From Patescibacteria group bacterium (GTDB lineage Bacteria; Patescibacteriota; Patescibacteriia; 2-01-FULL-39-33), in contig JBAZMW010000004.1 in assembly GCA_041649575.1 (NCBI GenBank), forward strand, positions 103,131 through 135,130: a stretch of DNA of 32,000 nucleotides, in the 5' to 3' direction. Each line of letters opens with the position of its first letter. Positions within the stretch are counted from its first letter, which is position 1. The position numbers and the translations under genes were made by a program. This document shows positions 1-6,189 of this stretch, in pieces. The notes under the pieces were generated by a model. It ran no database searches. It saw nothing but the letters and a program-made list of their open reading frames with translations, and had not been told where the DNA came from.

Positions 1-93
1 AGAGCCACGCTCTAATGCTCAAAAGAGAAAGGATTAGACGCAAGCAAAAAACGCCAGGTAGCCGAAAAGACCCCATGGGCTTATGAGACAAAC

Positions 94-118
94 AGCCCAC
101 CATTTTTGGCGGGCTTTC
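94..118 (+). terminator. putative rho-independent terminator of an upstream gene that lies outside the window
   Basis: Hairpin AGCCCACCA (94-102) / TGGCGGGCT (107-115) with one mismatch and a TTTT loop, followed by a short T-rich run. Confidence 0.45.
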
Positions 119-129
119 TGGTTATGATC

Positions 130-158
130 TTGACTTTTAGCCGAAAATGAGCTATTAT
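130..158 (+). promoter_or_regulatory. putative sigma70-type promoter for rplS
   Basis: TTGACT (130-135), 17-nt spacer, TATTAT (153-158), about 40 nt upstream of the rplS start. Confidence 0.5.
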
Positions 159-195
159 TTAGAAAGTAAAATAATTAAATTTTAAGTTAAAACAC

Positions 196-561
196 ATGTC
201 CGAAGATAAAAAAAATAAGGAGGTTAAAAGCAATTGGCTGGAAACGATTTTGCCAAAAATCAGACCCGGTGTGACGATTAAAGTCCATCAAAAAATCAAA
301 GAAAAGAATACCAAAGGCGAAGAAAAACAAAGAGTCCAAATTTTTGAAGGTATTGTCTTGGCTCGCCGTGGTGGCAGTCAAAAAAATGCCACCATCACCG
401 TGCGTAAAGTGGCTGCTGGTGGAATTGGCGTAGAAAGAATTTTTCCCTTGTTTTCGCCCAATATCGCCAGAATAGAAGTAACCAAATCGGCCCAAGTCAA
501 TCGAGCCAAACTCTATTACTTAAGAAGTTACAAAAAGAAGCTCAAAGAAAAACAGGCATAG
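196..561 (+). CDS. rplS: 50S ribosomal protein L19
   Basis: 121 aa. The pattern ...IRPGVTIKVHQKIKE...KQRVQIFEGIVLARRGGSQKNATITVRKVAAGGIGVERIFPLFSPNIARIEV... matches my recollection of the bL19 family. AAGGAGG SD at 216-222 is internal; the upstream region is A-rich. Confidence 0.93.
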   Translation: MSEDKKNKEVKSNWLETILPKIRPGVTIKVHQKIKEKNTKGEEKQRVQIFEGIVLARRGGSQKNATITVRKVAAGGIGVERIFPLFSPNIARIEVTKSAQVNRAKLYYLRSYKKKLKEKQA

Positions 562-636
562 ATATTCTTGGACGGCGGAGTATTGATCCAAAATTTTAGC
601 CGGCTGATTTTTTATAAAATTGAACAACTTAGTCGC

Positions 637-721
637 GCGGACGTGGCGGAATTTGGTATACGCGCAAGCTTGAGGTGCTTGTGGCCGCAAGGCCTTGGAG
701 GTTCAAGTCCTCTCGTCCGCA
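637..721 (+). tRNA. tRNA-Leu (anticodon GAG), class II with long variable arm
   Basis: Acceptor GCGGACG/CGTCCGC. Anticodon arm CAAGC-TTGAGGT-GCTTG (anticodon GAG). Variable arm GGCC-GCAA-GGCC. T arm GGAGG-TTCAAGT-CCTCT. Discriminator A. No encoded CCA. Confidence 0.9.
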
Positions 722-771
722 TTGATTTTACGGAGTATGCTTGTTCCGGTCTTCTTTCATGCTTTCATAGA

Positions 772-953
772 GGGCGGTTAGCTCAGTTGGTTAGAGCGCC
801 TCGTTTATTTACCCTGTTGAATAGGCACATTTAGCTCAGTTGGTTAGAGCGCCTCGTTTACACCGAGGAGGTCAGAGGTTCGAATCCTCTAATGTGCAAA
901 TAGTCCAACAGGGCGGGTCGAGGAGGTCAGAGGTTCGAATCCTCTACCACCCA
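772..953 (+). other. split tRNA-like scaffold: a 5' half (772-807) and 3' half (919-953) flank an intact tRNA-Val
   Basis: GGGCGGT + D arm + CCTCG + TTTA at 772-807. CGAGG + AGGTC + T arm + ACCACCC + A at 919-953. Acceptor strands pair at 6/7 positions. Segment 778-807 is identical to 831-860, and 919-946 is identical to 864-891. A bridging 8-bp helix forms between 812-819 and 906-913. Confidence 0.6.
825..898 (+). tRNA. tRNA-Val (anticodon TAC)
   Basis: Acceptor GCACATT/AATGTGC. D arm GCTC-AGTTGGTTA-GAGC. Anticodon arm CCTCG-TTTACAC-CGAGG. Variable loop AGGTC. T arm AGAGG-TTCGAAT-CCTCT. Discriminator A. Confidence 0.92.
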
Positions 954-1021
954 ATAGTTAACAGGGCAGGTTGAGGGGTTGTGCGTATCAGTGTAAACTT
1001 TAAACAAGTAAAATAATAAAA

Positions 1022-1276
1022 ATGCTAGTGAGAATAATCGTTGGCATTATTGGAGCGGTAGTTGGATTTCTGATGGTTTTTCGGCCAAAATTTTTTTTGG
1101 ACGCCATCGGCGAGCAGGCTTGGATGGAAAAAGTTTTTGGTTCGGGCGGTGGCATTTCCGGCTACAAGGTGATGGGAGTGGTGATTGTGATAATTTCTTT
1201 TTTGATCATGACTGGGTTAATTGAGGGGGTGCTAATGGCGATTTTTGGGCCGTTGATTTTTGCCGGTCGGAGTTAG
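1022..1276 (+). CDS. small hydrophobic membrane protein, hypothetical
   Basis: 84-aa ORF with two or three hydrophobic segments (IIVGIIGAVVGFLMVF; VMGVVIVIISFLIMTGLI; MAIFGPLIFA). No family recognised. Confidence 0.55.
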   Translation: MLVRIIVGIIGAVVGFLMVFRPKFFLDAIGEQAWMEKVFGSGGGISGYKVMGVVIVIISFLIMTGLIEGVLMAIFGPLIFAGRS

Positions 1277-1289
1277 GCGATTTTTAAAA

Positions 1290-1365
1290 GGGCTGTTAGC
1301 TCAGTTGGTAGAGCATCGCGTTTGCAACGCGGGGGTCGGGAGTTCGAATCTCCCACAGTCCACCA
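1290..1365 (+). tRNA. tRNA-Ala (anticodon TGC) with encoded CCA
   Basis: Acceptor GGGCTGT/ACAGTCC gives the G3:U70 wobble typical of tRNA-Ala. Anticodon loop TTTGCAA. T arm GGGAG-TTCGAAT-CTCCC. Ends ACCA. Confidence 0.93.
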
Positions 1366-1366
1366 T

Positions 1367-2209
1367 TTAATCGACGGCAACATTTTTTGCCGTTTTTTTA
1401 TTTTTTAAATAGTCTTCCTCTATTAATTCTTTAACAAAAGCATTAAGATCAATTTTGCGTCCAGCCAGTTTTAACGCCTCGAACATGTTAAAAAGTGCCT
1501 CATAAATATTCTCATTTCTGACAACCAATACTAAATTTTTCTCAAAGTTTATCATCATAACTGTCTTCTTAAAGATTATGATGTCCATATCAAAGTCGAC
1601 AACAGCATTATTCACCACATAACAAACCACCATCCTGTCGGTATAAATTTCCAGCTGGTCGGCTGGAAGATTTTCCAAATAACCTAGGGAATCCTCGCCA
1701 ATAATGCCTTCAATAATAATTCTATATTTTTTAAATTCACTTTGAATAGAACTCAAATATGACTTTTCTAGATTGACTGAGGCGGCCACCGATCTATTGC
1801 CCTGAATCGCCAAAACTCGACTATTATAACCGGCTGTCAGGACTTTTTCATAAGCGGCCATAATGTTTTTTTTGCCTTTGATTACTTCTACCCCGATTTC
1901 CGACGGTAATTGTATTGTCTCCCGACCATCGTCCGAACCAAGATAAAGATACAAGCCCTTCATTAATTTTCTAATCTCTTCTTCTTCGCGCATCAGCCAC
2001 TCATAGTGGCCTCGTACCCTAATCCTTTGCACCAAACCACGCTTTTGTAGTCTTTGCAATAAAAAATTAACAGTAGTCCGTTTGACCAAAGATGTCTTTG
2101 CCAAATCAATCGGTCTTAGCGGTCCGCACTCTTTAAGCGCCTGGACTATCTCAAACTCTTTTTTATTAAGACCCAATATTCTAAGGCCCGTTTTTGAAAC
2201 ACTTGTCAT
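1367..2209 (-). CDS. TrmB/MarR-like winged-helix transcriptional regulator with an uncharacterised C-terminal domain
   Basis: 280 aa. The N-terminus LRILGLNKKEFEIVQALKECGPLRPIDLAKTSLVKRTTVNFLLQRLQKRGLVQR has the wHTH pattern of TrmB-type regulators. It has the same architecture as the CDS at 21024-21809. Confidence 0.7.
   Translation of the reverse strand: MTSVSKTGLRILGLNKKEFEIVQALKECGPLRPIDLAKTSLVKRTTVNFLLQRLQKRGLVQRIRVRGHYEWLMREEEEIRKLMKGLYLYLGSDDGRETIQLPSEIGVEVIKGKKNIMAAYEKVLTAGYNSRVLAIQGNRSVAASVNLEKSYLSSIQSEFKKYRIIIEGIIGEDSLGYLENLPADQLEIYTDRMVVCYVVNNAVVDFDMDIIIFKKTVMMINFEKNLVLVVRNENIYEALFNMFEALKLAGRKIDLNAFVKELIEEDYLKNKKTAKNVAVD
1374..1406 (+). terminator. rho-independent terminator after tRNA-Ala, overlapping the 3' end of the convergent CDS
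   Basis: Stem ACGGCAA (1374-1380) / TTGCCGT (1387-1393) followed by TTTTTTTATTTTTT. Confidence 0.7.
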
Positions 2210-2226
2210 TATTTAATTATAAATAA

Positions 2227-2243
2227 TGACAAAATTATTGTCA
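2227..2243. promoter_or_regulatory. palindromic candidate operator upstream of the TrmB-like gene
   Basis: TGACAA-AATTA-TTGTCA (perfect 6-bp arms), 18 nt upstream of the start codon at 2209. The 11-mer ATTATTGTCAA (2234-2244) recurs at 21951-21961. Confidence 0.35.
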
Positions 2244-2376
2244 AAATATTTATATAATATTATCTAAATTTAAACAAATAATCATCTCTAATCAAAAAAC
2301 GTTGATTAACCGCCATTAAAAGATTATCCTAAAGAGTGGCTTAGCTGAAAAACCTAAACGAGAAAGGGAAATCGCC

Positions 2377-2571
2377 ATGAGAGAGATAACCCCAGCCAAA
2401 TCACGTTGTGTTCTCGGCGCCTGTCCCAGGGTATATGTTGATGACGAGGGAAGCGCCTTCGTTGTCGGCACCGCCGTGGCCGCAGATCATCGGATGTCGA
2501 ATTTACACCTGGGAGCCGGCGAAGCGATCGTCAGGCTGCCGGAGGAGATTCTGCGCAATCTGCAACCATAG
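2377..2571 (+). CDS. small orphan protein (64 aa), GC-richer than its neighbours
   Basis: ORF MREITPAKSRCVLGACPRVYVDDEGSAFVVGT...GEAIVRLPEEILRNLQP. A-G rich SD-like GAAAGGGA lies 7-8 nt upstream. Possible promoter TTGATT-17-TATCCT at 2303-2331. Its own terminator is at 2593-2629. An alternative frame (2408-2737) is also open, so the frame choice rests on the SD and terminator position. Confidence 0.5.
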   Translation: MREITPAKSRCVLGACPRVYVDDEGSAFVVGTAVAADHRMSNLHLGAGEAIVRLPEEILRNLQP

Positions 2572-2592
2572 GCAAGCAGCGACGCCAATTAT

Positions 2593-2629
2593 ACGGCCAA
2601 GTTCGAGAGAATTTGGCCGTTTACCTTTT
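2593..2629 (+). terminator. rho-independent terminator
   Basis: Stem ACGGCCAA (2593-2600) / TTGGCCGT (2613-2620) followed by TTACCTTTT. Confidence 0.6.
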
Positions 2630-2673
2630 CATCGATTTCCTATCGCTAATCAACTCTTGTTAACCACGGCAAT

Positions 2674-3270
2674 ATGGCTAAAACTTTTCTCAAAAAATTG
2701 GTACGACGTTGCCTCCGACAGGAACTTCAAAAAGTGATCAAACAAACAGACTGTGATTTAATTGTGGACATTGGTTGCGGCAATGGCGAAATTTGGTCTG
2801 GATTGTTAGATAAACGGATTATTAAAATATTCGGGGTCGACGATTCTGCAAGAATCACTAGCCTAACCAATGGAACCAATGTCTACGATCATCTGTTTAT
2901 GGCTGACGCCAGCCAGCTGCCATTTCCTAACAACCATTTTGATATTTCGGTTATAAGCTTATTACTACACGCTGTAGACAGGACCAAGAGAGGCTTGATT
3001 CTAAAAGAAGCCAGGAGGGTTACCAGGCCTGGCGGTTTTATATTTATTTTTGATTTCGCCTTTCCTGCTACTCAAAATTTGATCGGTAAATTGTTTAAGT
3101 GTTTTTTTGAATGCGAAGAGCGGCTAATCGGAGAAGTCAATCCGAATCATTATCAAAATTATCTGGATTTTTTGAGAGATGACGGACTAGCCAAATTTTT
3201 AAAAAGTAAAAATTATTATAAAAAGAGTTGTTTTTTTAAAAATTTTGATGTTATAATAATTCAAGTCTAA
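2674..3270 (+). CDS. class I SAM-dependent methyltransferase
   Basis: 198 aa. Motif I VDIGCGNGE. Downstream acidic and hydrophobic motifs (IFGVDDS; FDISVISLLLHAV; LKEARRVTRPGGFIFIFDF) are typical of Methyltransf_11-type enzymes. Confidence 0.75.
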   Translation: MAKTFLKKLVRRCLRQELQKVIKQTDCDLIVDIGCGNGEIWSGLLDKRIIKIFGVDDSARITSLTNGTNVYDHLFMADASQLPFPNNHFDISVISLLLHAVDRTKRGLILKEARRVTRPGGFIFIFDFAFPATQNLIGKLFKCFFECEERLIGEVNPNHYQNYLDFLRDDGLAKFLKSKNYYKKSCFFKNFDVIIIQV

Positions 3271-3313
3271 ACCAAAAATTAAAACGCTTTTCATAAGAAT
3301 AATTAAACTCAAC

Positions 3314-3694
3314 ATGTCCCAAAAAAACAAAGAATTGTGTCATGACTGTGACCATTGCTGCAATTATGCGGCGGTAGAAATCGATAAGCCCACAACCAAG
3401 CGCGATTACCAGAATGTCATTTGGCTACTGCACCATAAAAATGTCCGTGTCTACATCGATGAAGAACGAGCCTGGATCTTGGAGTTTGTGACGCCATGTG
3501 AATTTATAAATAAAGACAAATTATGTTCGATTTACGAGAAGCGTCCGCTAATGTGTCGGGAATACCTGCAGGAAGACTGCGTCCGTTATAGCAAAAATAG
3601 CCCAGAAAAGCATGCCTTTGAAAAGGCAGCCGATTTAATCAGGTATTTGGAGAAAAAAGGAATTGACTACCAATTCAGAAAAAGTAAAAAATAG
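3314..3694 (+). CDS. YkgJ-family (UPF0153) cysteine-cluster protein
   Basis: 126 aa. N-terminal CHDCDHCC and distal C..(x)..CSIYEKRPLMCREY match the CxxCxxCC ... CxIYxxRPxxCRxY signature of this family. Confidence 0.7.
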   Translation: MSQKNKELCHDCDHCCNYAAVEIDKPTTKRDYQNVIWLLHHKNVRVYIDEERAWILEFVTPCEFINKDKLCSIYEKRPLMCREYLQEDCVRYSKNSPEKHAFEKAADLIRYLEKKGIDYQFRKSKK

Positions 3695-3713
3695 TTTGAC
3701 CTGTGGAAAACTA

Positions 3714-3742
3714 TTGTTGACACGTTTTTTTTGTGGTATAAT
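3714..3742 (+). promoter_or_regulatory. sigma70-type promoter with extended -10
   Basis: TTGTTG (3714-3719), 17 nt, TG-n-TATAAT (TG at 3734-3735, TATAAT at 3737-3742). An overlapping TTGACA at 3717-3722 has only a 14-nt spacer. Confidence 0.6.
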
Positions 3743-3817
3743 GAATTTAATTGAAATAACTTTTTTAATTTTATTTCAAGATGAAAAATCTATTTAATGG
3801 AAGGGGGTGATTCTCAA

Positions 3818-3868
3818 ATGGCAAAAAAGAAGGCAAAAAAGAAAGTTGCAAAAAAGAAAAAGAGATAA
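3818..3868 (+). CDS. 16-aa polylysine micro-ORF (MAKKKAKKKVAKKKKR)
   Basis: ATG at 3818 is preceded by GGAAGGGGGTGA (SD, about 8 nt). Stop TAA at 3866-3868. It lies between the promoter at 3714-3742 and the long terminator hairpin at 3885-3949. Too short for the ORF track. Confidence 0.4.
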   Translation: MAKKKAKKKVAKKKKR

Positions 3869-3884
3869 AAGTTTTCTCAAGCGC

Positions 3885-3968
3885 AAAATCCCCGTCTGCC
3901 CGTTTTGGTTCTTAAGGTCAGTTGAAGCGAGGCGAGCAGAGGGGATTTTGTGTTTTTGTTTTTATTTT
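3885..3968. terminator. long imperfect hairpin with T-tract; terminator for the micro-ORF transcript and possibly bidirectional for the convergent endoQ-like gene
   Basis: AAAATCCCCGTCTGCC... (3885-3902) pairs with ...GGCGAGCAGAGGGGATTTT (3928-3949), followed by TTTTGTGTTTTTGTTTTTATTTTTTT. Confidence 0.65.
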
Positions 3969-3969
3969 T

Positions 3970-5214
3970 TTAGAGCAACTTTTTTTGAACAGTTTTTACG
4001 GCAGCGGTCTTGATGGCTATTTGGCCGTAGATACCGTCGTAGCCGGGAGTGATTTCGACTCGGCCGAGTCGGACGCTGATAATTCTTTCGGCGATCTCCG
4101 GCCGGGCGATTTTTTTTAACTGCTCTTCGGTTAAGTCGATCAGAATTTCGAATTCACAATATTTTTTGATCAGATTAAAATATTCGGTTTGGACTTTTTT
4201 TGAATTTTTGCCAACCCCGAAGCTGTCGGCGATAATTTCTTGTAACGGTATTAGACTTTTGTAGGGAATATTTTTGGGAGAGTCGCTGTTTTTTTGATCG
4301 GCCAGCTCGTTAACTCGGTGAAGCACCCCTAAGGTCAGGGGTTTTTTACAAAGAGGACAGAGGTTGTTATTTTTTTTGCTTACTGCCGGGCTGGAGAGGT
4401 AGCGGCAAGCGGCGTGGCCGTCGAAATGATATTTGCCTTCTTCGGGAAAAAATTCAATAGTGTAGAGGAATTTGTTTTTATCTTTCTCTTTGATGAGGCG
4501 GCTAATTTCCTGGTAGCTCAATTGGCCGTCAGTTATTTCAAACACATTGGCCTCGCGGCCAAGATTGGCTGGCGAATGGGCATCGGAATTGGAGAGCAAG
4601 GTAATTCTATCCAGGGCCGATAATTGCCAATTCATTTTTGGATCGGAAGACAAGCCGGTTTCAATGGCGTGGATATAAGGAGTGATTTCTTCGAAGCATT
4701 CAGCCAGAGAATCAAAACCAGACTTGGAACCAAAAACAGCAAACCAAGGAGTCCAGGCATGAGCGGGAACAACCAAACTCTGTTGGTTGATGTTTAAAAT
4801 AATTTTAGCCAGCTCTTTGGCCGACAGGCCAATAATCGGCCGGCCGTCGGATTTAATATTAAAGCCCCGTTTTTCAAAGTCGGCAATAATTTTTTCAACG
4901 GTCGTGATATCGGGAACCAAAAGGCAGACATGGATTCTTCTGGTTTTGCCGCCCTGCGAGTAGATACAGCTGATTTCCGTACCCAAGACAAATCTGACAA
5001 GACTGTCGCTGTCTTTTAGACGATAAAGCCCCGGCTCGGCTTCGATCAGTTTGTCTTTTATTTCTTTGAACCACTTGGGATGAGTGAAATCTCCGGTGCT
5101 GACAATCTTTATGCCCTTATATTGGCACCAAGAGTCAATATTTTCCAAGGTCAAGTCACGCGAGCAACCTCGGGAATAGGCGGAATGGATATGTAAGTCG
5201 GCAATGACGCGCAT
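3970..5214 (-). CDS. endonuclease Q-like PHP-domain protein (TIGR00375-type)
   Basis: 414 aa. It has N-terminal MRVIADLHIHSAYSRG (PHP metal site), STGDFTHPKW, VPAHAWTPW, ETGLSSD, SNSDAHSPANLGRE and a Zn-finger-like CPLCKKPLTLGVLHRVNELAD. The C-terminal ...ITPGYDGIYGQI is colinear with my recollection of Pyrococcus/Bacillus EndoQ. Confidence 0.75.
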   Translation of the reverse strand: MRVIADLHIHSAYSRGCSRDLTLENIDSWCQYKGIKIVSTGDFTHPKWFKEIKDKLIEAEPGLYRLKDSDSLVRFVLGTEISCIYSQGGKTRRIHVCLLVPDITTVEKIIADFEKRGFNIKSDGRPIIGLSAKELAKIILNINQQSLVVPAHAWTPWFAVFGSKSGFDSLAECFEEITPYIHAIETGLSSDPKMNWQLSALDRITLLSNSDAHSPANLGREANVFEITDGQLSYQEISRLIKEKDKNKFLYTIEFFPEEGKYHFDGHAACRYLSSPAVSKKNNNLCPLCKKPLTLGVLHRVNELADQKNSDSPKNIPYKSLIPLQEIIADSFGVGKNSKKVQTEYFNLIKKYCEFEILIDLTEEQLKKIARPEIAERIISVRLGRVEITPGYDGIYGQIAIKTAAVKTVQKKLL

Positions 5215-5285
5215 AGGGCTAATAGCTTATTGCTTATGGTTTAATAATGAATGAATTGATTTTAGCATCGGGAGTTTTTTTTGGC

Positions 5286-5680
5286 AAAAAGAAAGCGCCA
5301 CATGTTACAAACAGAGGTGACGCGGTTTGGAGAGTGTCAAGAGTATTTAGCCTTATGAGGACTAATCAAGGGGCGACCCTGGGTTAGTTTCTCACATCTT
5401 CAGATGACTAAAGAGCGGTCATCTTACTCGTGAAGCTGCTGCGGGAGCTTTGTCGGGGAGAGGTCCCAACTCAATTTGTAACTCCCGTGAAACGGTCGCA
5501 CTCGTTCCGATTAACAGCCTCCGCGACACCGTTTTTGGTCTATCATGCGCGTATTTCCCAAAAACCGGTTTGGGCTCTGCCAGCTTCAGAAGAATCGGGC
5601 GCTCCTCTCTTGTCCGTGATCCTTCTTATACCATTACGGGGGGCATCGATTTTTCTTTTCTCGTCTCTCGAAACTCTCCT
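5286..5680 (-). ncRNA. unclassified structured RNA candidate (about 395 nt)
   Basis: No convincing ORF on the minus strand. Own promoter at 5687-5715 and terminator (stem 5295-5301/5317-5323 with T-run). 5'/3' closing helix GGAGAGT (5673-5679 rc) / ACTCTCC (5329-5335 rc). Several internal hairpins are listed in the findings. GC is well above the flanking intergenic DNA, as for the rRNAs. Confidence 0.55.
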
Positions 5681-5686
5681 ATCACT

Positions 5687-5715
5687 AGTATAGACTCATT
5701 AGGCAGAAAAGTCAA
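5687..5715 (-). promoter_or_regulatory. sigma70-type promoter for the structured RNA candidate
   Basis: On the minus strand: TTGACT (5715-5710), 17 nt, TATACT (5692-5687). Confidence 0.6.
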
Positions 5716-5825
5716 TGTTATTTTTTTGGCAAAAAAAAGAAGGCGGCTTCACCACAATTGTGATGACTCCACCAACTAAGTCGGATCGGCCGACGGACAA
5801 CTCGGGTTCAGCAGGTCACAGTCGT

Positions 5826-5960
5826 CTACACGACGATACCAGCTCTGCCACCCTGCACCTGGATAACGGTCAGACCATAGAGGCAGAAGAAATAGAAGCC
5901 AGCTTGATCTAGCTGGCAATCCTCTCGGCCGCATTTCTTACACTTACACTTCTGCTCCAT
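5826..5960 (-). CDS. 44-aa Cys-rich small protein (MEQKCKCKKCGREDCQLDQAGFYFFCLYGLTVIQVQGGRAGIVV)
   Basis: ATG at 5960 is preceded by AAGGAG with a 7-nt spacer, 16 nt after the stop of the upstream small CDS. Stop TAG at 5826-5828. Below the ORF-track length cutoff. It competes with a plus-strand 65-aa ORF (5715-5912) that lacks an SD. Confidence 0.45.
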   Translation of the reverse strand: MEQKCKCKKCGREDCQLDQAGFYFFCLYGLTVIQVQGGRAGIVV

Positions 5961-5976
5961 ACCCTTTCTCCTTCAG

Positions 5977-6189
5977 TTAGGCCCGCACATCAAGCAGCCG
6001 GCCGGAGTGATTTCCCGTAGAGATCAGTCGTGGCGATCTCGGAGCCGGGCTTCTGTTGATAGACTTCAGGTAACAAGAATGACACAATAGCCCTCTCCGG
6101 TCGAAGATCACCTTGGTTTGTCCGCAGTGACTACAAGGGGCGACTAGCGGCCTTGATTCGGCACATGAAATACTGACACGAGAGATCAT
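5977..6189 (-). CDS. 70-aa zinc-ribbon-like small protein
   Basis: I prefer the internal start MISRVSISCAESRPLVAPCSHCGQTKVIFDRRGLLCHSCY... at 6189 because GGAGGGAAGGG lies immediately upstream. The track's longer start (6282) runs through the 5S terminator hairpin. Two CxxC pairs are present. Confidence 0.5.
   Translation of the reverse strand: MISRVSISCAESRPLVAPCSHCGQTKVIFDRRGLLCHSCYLKSINRSPAPRSPRLISTGNHSGRLLDVRA

Noticed and set aside
1-93. Possible 3' end of an upstream gene (for example trmD, which often precedes rplS)
   Set aside because: All three plus frames hit stops within 15-86 nt, and the short translations are not diagnostic. I cannot support a call.
568-834. 88-aa plus-strand ORF from the track
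   Set aside because: It runs straight through tRNA-Leu(GAG) and the tRNA-like 5' half. It has no SD, and the sequence is explained by RNA genes.
3807-4013. 68-aa ORF (MILKWQKRRQKRKLQKRKRDK...)
   Set aside because: It has no SD, it is out of frame with the well-signalled 16-aa ORF, and it reads through the terminator hairpin and T-tract.
5286-5680. Assigning the structured RNA candidate to RNase P RNA or tmRNA
   Set aside because: Size and end-pairing fit. However, I could not find the universally conserved P4 strands (GGAAAGUCC / ACAGAA-CCGGCUUA). I also found no tRNA-like T arm adjacent to the 3' acceptor strand and no plausible tag-peptide frame. It is left unclassified pending a covariance-model search.
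5430-5912. Plus-strand ORFs 5430-5693, 5450-5779 and 5715-5912
   Set aside because: They have no SD or promoter on the plus strand, and their translations are low-complexity. The region is better explained by a minus-strand structured RNA (with promoter and terminator) and a minus-strand micro-ORF with a strong SD. The 5715-5912 case remains somewhat open.
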